A stretch of 62,576 nt of DNA, counting the filler, from Asterionella formosa (Eukaryota), in assembly GCA_002256025.1 (NCBI GenBank). It is 25 parts of 25 records of this genome, joined end to end, with 100 filler letters (N's around TTAATTAATTAA, not from the genome) between each part and the next. Parts side by side here need not be neighbours in the genome. Positions count along the whole stretch, not along the records: positions 60,184 to 62,576 come from NKIB01015320.1; 24 more parts are not named here. One strand, given 5' to 3'. Every line of letters begins with the position of its first letter. Position 1 is the first letter of the stretch. Below the pieces are notes generated by a model that saw nothing but the letters and a program-made list of their open reading frames with translations, ran no database searches and had not been told where the DNA came from. Shown piece after piece: positions 60,250 to 62,576 of the stretch. The translations under genes and the position numbers were made by a program.

Positions 60250-61743
60250 TCACCAACTTGAACCTTAGTTTGTGGCAGCCCCTTCAAGGGATAGTTTCTA
60301 CTCATCAGGACAATCAGTTCGACGGTATCACCGAGCCTTGAAGGGGCTGAGCACACGTTAACAAGATAAATGCAATGAAATTTGAGCGGCATGCTGATCG
60401 ACATTTTGCTAGCAATCTATACATTTGTGCTAACCACTAAGCCATTCTTCGAGATGGCTTTTCGACAGAACAGAATGGATGTTTCAAGATGCATCTCACA
60501 CCACAAGCAAGCAAGCAAAATAGAGAGACTTACTCACCAAGAAGGCTTTGTACCATCTTCCATTTGCAATTGAGAAGCAAGACAGATGTAGTCGGAATTG
60601 TTGCGTATGCTTGGGAAAAAAGTTTTGCGAAATTACGCACAAACAAACAAAAAACCCGCAGAGCAAGGCTGGGAACTTTGATCTATAGTTGTTTGTTGAA
60701 TCCACAGCTGACGAATTTTGGTGTTGTCCCATTGAATAGAATCTCACACAGCAACAGAAGCTATATTACAGCCACCTGACCAGCTCAACCTGCAAGAAGG
60801 ACTTGTTTCACAAATCAAATCGTTGAATATGATTAACAGAGAAGATGTGCAAAATGGTAATGATGCAGCAGAACATGCATGCCAGCAGGAAAAGAAAGCA
60901 AACAGAAGCAGCCACAAGCATAAATCAACACACACAAAGGAATGACTGCAGGACTGCATTTTGCTGTTTGAAACATTACCTTGTCTAGGACCACCGCTTT
61001 TTGAGCACATGCTGGAAATCGAGGAACAAAACAATGAGCAGAAATTAAATCAACGGTTTTTGAATTTTCACAGAAGGCAGCTACCACAGGCCATCAGAGA
61101 GACTGAAAAGGAAGCTGGAAGCTACAATGTAGCTAGCTAGCAGAACTGAAAACAATGGTGACATGGTACAAGCGCAACAGCAATGCGCCGCTTCCAACAA
61201 CCAGACAGAACTTGTTGGCAAGATACTTGGAGACTTGTTGCTGCTTTCACTTTTAGTATCCCAACAATGAAAAGATGCGTTTCCATCATTATTCAAATAT
61301 GAAAACTAAACACGATTGATTCGTACACCAGTACCGCTAGTTGGTCTCTTCCTATTACAACATAGGTTGCTTGATGTCAGCAACTTGAAGTTAGCAGTTA
61401 GCGATTTAAAGTCAGTAGTCAGCAAATGAAGTCAGCAGTCAGCGAATATTTCAAATTTTCAGCAAATCAAGTGAGCACCAGTTAGCAACAAGAAGTCCGC
61501 AGTCAGCAAGTTGAAGTTGGTAGTCAGCGATTCTGCTGTGAAAGGTGGTAGCGCTTTTCTGTTTCAAACTTTGTAACGGTTAAAGGTAATATGAATACCC
61601 GGTACACGGAAATATTTTGAGATTTTTCATCATTTCGGAATTGGTGAGCTGGTCAGACTTCAAATGTTGTAGATTGAAACCGCTACGTTGAATTTTTAGT
61701 TCACAGTGCGCGCAATTCGCTGGTTACCGGACCTTCAAACTGG
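60250..61743 (+). mobile_element. Decayed pogo-like (Tc1/mariner superfamily) transposon, right part ending ...AAACTGG|TA
   Basis: SLWQ, STEQNGCFKM, KTDVVGIVAYAWEKSFAK..TNK, GW..L in broken frames; internal agtcagc repeats 61370-61530; candidate terminus at 61743. Confidence 0.6.
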
Positions 61744-61744
61744 T

Positions 61745-62192
61745 ATCATACAGGTACCAGGGAGCGGTATATGTCAGCGACAGTTGGCTGGATTGATATC
61801 ATTCCTTCGAGCTCTCTATATATTTTGTATTTTACCGGTATGAACATATCCTTTGATTAATCATTCCACGAGCTCTATGTATTGTTTATGCAAGTTCGAT
61901 GCAAGGTACCAGGTACCAGGTACCCTGGTACCTGATACCAGGCTCCACTACAAGGTACTACCGGTTAAGCAATTTTCAATGCTTACCGGTACCGGTAGGT
62001 GATCTTGCGTACTGTAGACAAAAATACCTCGTAATGGTACTTCCTGCACCGGTATTGGTACAATTAGTGCCAGGTACTCTACCCCTGGTACCAGGCACCA
62101 GGTAAAAACCCACCATGGTGCCGGTAGCAGGATTACCTCGTACCAGGTACCGGTATCAACCTGAATACAAAGTCAGGTACGAGGTACCAGGG
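61745..62192. repeat. Dense TA-CC(W)GG-TA motif cluster
   Basis: For example ta-ccagg-ta-ccagg-ta-ccctgg-ta at 61907-61930 and ta-ccgg-ta-ccgg-ta at 61984-61997. Confidence 0.85.
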
Positions 62193-62576
62193 ATACTGAA
62201 ATGATCAGGATGATTTATACAGCGTACACTGGTGGTATGACCACGGAGTGGCTTGGCGGGTCATTTGTGCATTCATTGCGTCGCCTTATACGTACATCGT
62301 AGCTTTGCTCATGTTTAATTATTTCTCCCTTGTTTGTTTCTTGAATCAAACTGTACACACTGTCCATTTTATTCGTTCTGCTGCCGGTATAGCAATATAG
62401 TACTACTATTATTGGATCCAGACAATTCCCATTGTTCAGACGTAGCCAGACAGTACAGTACAGCACAGCACAGCGCACAACACAAAGACGGCTTTGGCGT
62501 GACGTGACCCGGGTTGCCCACCATTTTGCCACCTACAGACGGCCCAAGCAACAAGAGCATCCTACTACGCCGGAAA

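Overview
This is not one continuous locus. It is 25 unplaced eukaryotic contigs of about 2.39-2.42 kb, roughly sorted by length and joined by artificial 100-nt linkers (N44-TTAATTAATTAA-N44), so adjacency across linkers has no biological meaning. The organism looks like a diatom: GT-AG introns, a bipartite plastid-targeted fibrillin (ALA|FVP), a PGRL1 fragment, a diatom-type LRR receptor-like protein, diatom-style Copia elements and (TTAGGG)n telomeres. Host genes include an ~805-aa single-pass membrane ORF missing from the ORF track, a HExxH membrane domain fused to a class-II glutamine amidotransferase-like domain, an LRR + Pelle-like kinase, an SF-assemblin-like protein and a Pro-rich Cys-module secreted protein. 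Much of the rest is mobile DNA: two copies of one LINE, three Copia pol pieces plus LTRs, Harbinger, pogo/Tc1-like remnants, MITEs and three kinds of tyrosine-recombinase (Crypton-like) remnants. Highlights: (1) a chromosome end built from old telomere repeats, an endonuclease-less Penelope-like retroelement carrying a complete type I hammerhead ribozyme, and a new telomere cap; (2) pervasive TA-CC(A/T)GG-TA, TA-CCGG-TA, TA-CCA-TA and TA-TGG-TA arrays that read like stacked excision footprints of a CCAGT-ended pogo-like family also present here; (3) 84-bp LRR units nearly invariant in DNA except at the xLxLxx surface codons; (4) the HExxH/Ntn-amidotransferase fusion. All family assignments come from motif recognition by eye; no database searches were run.
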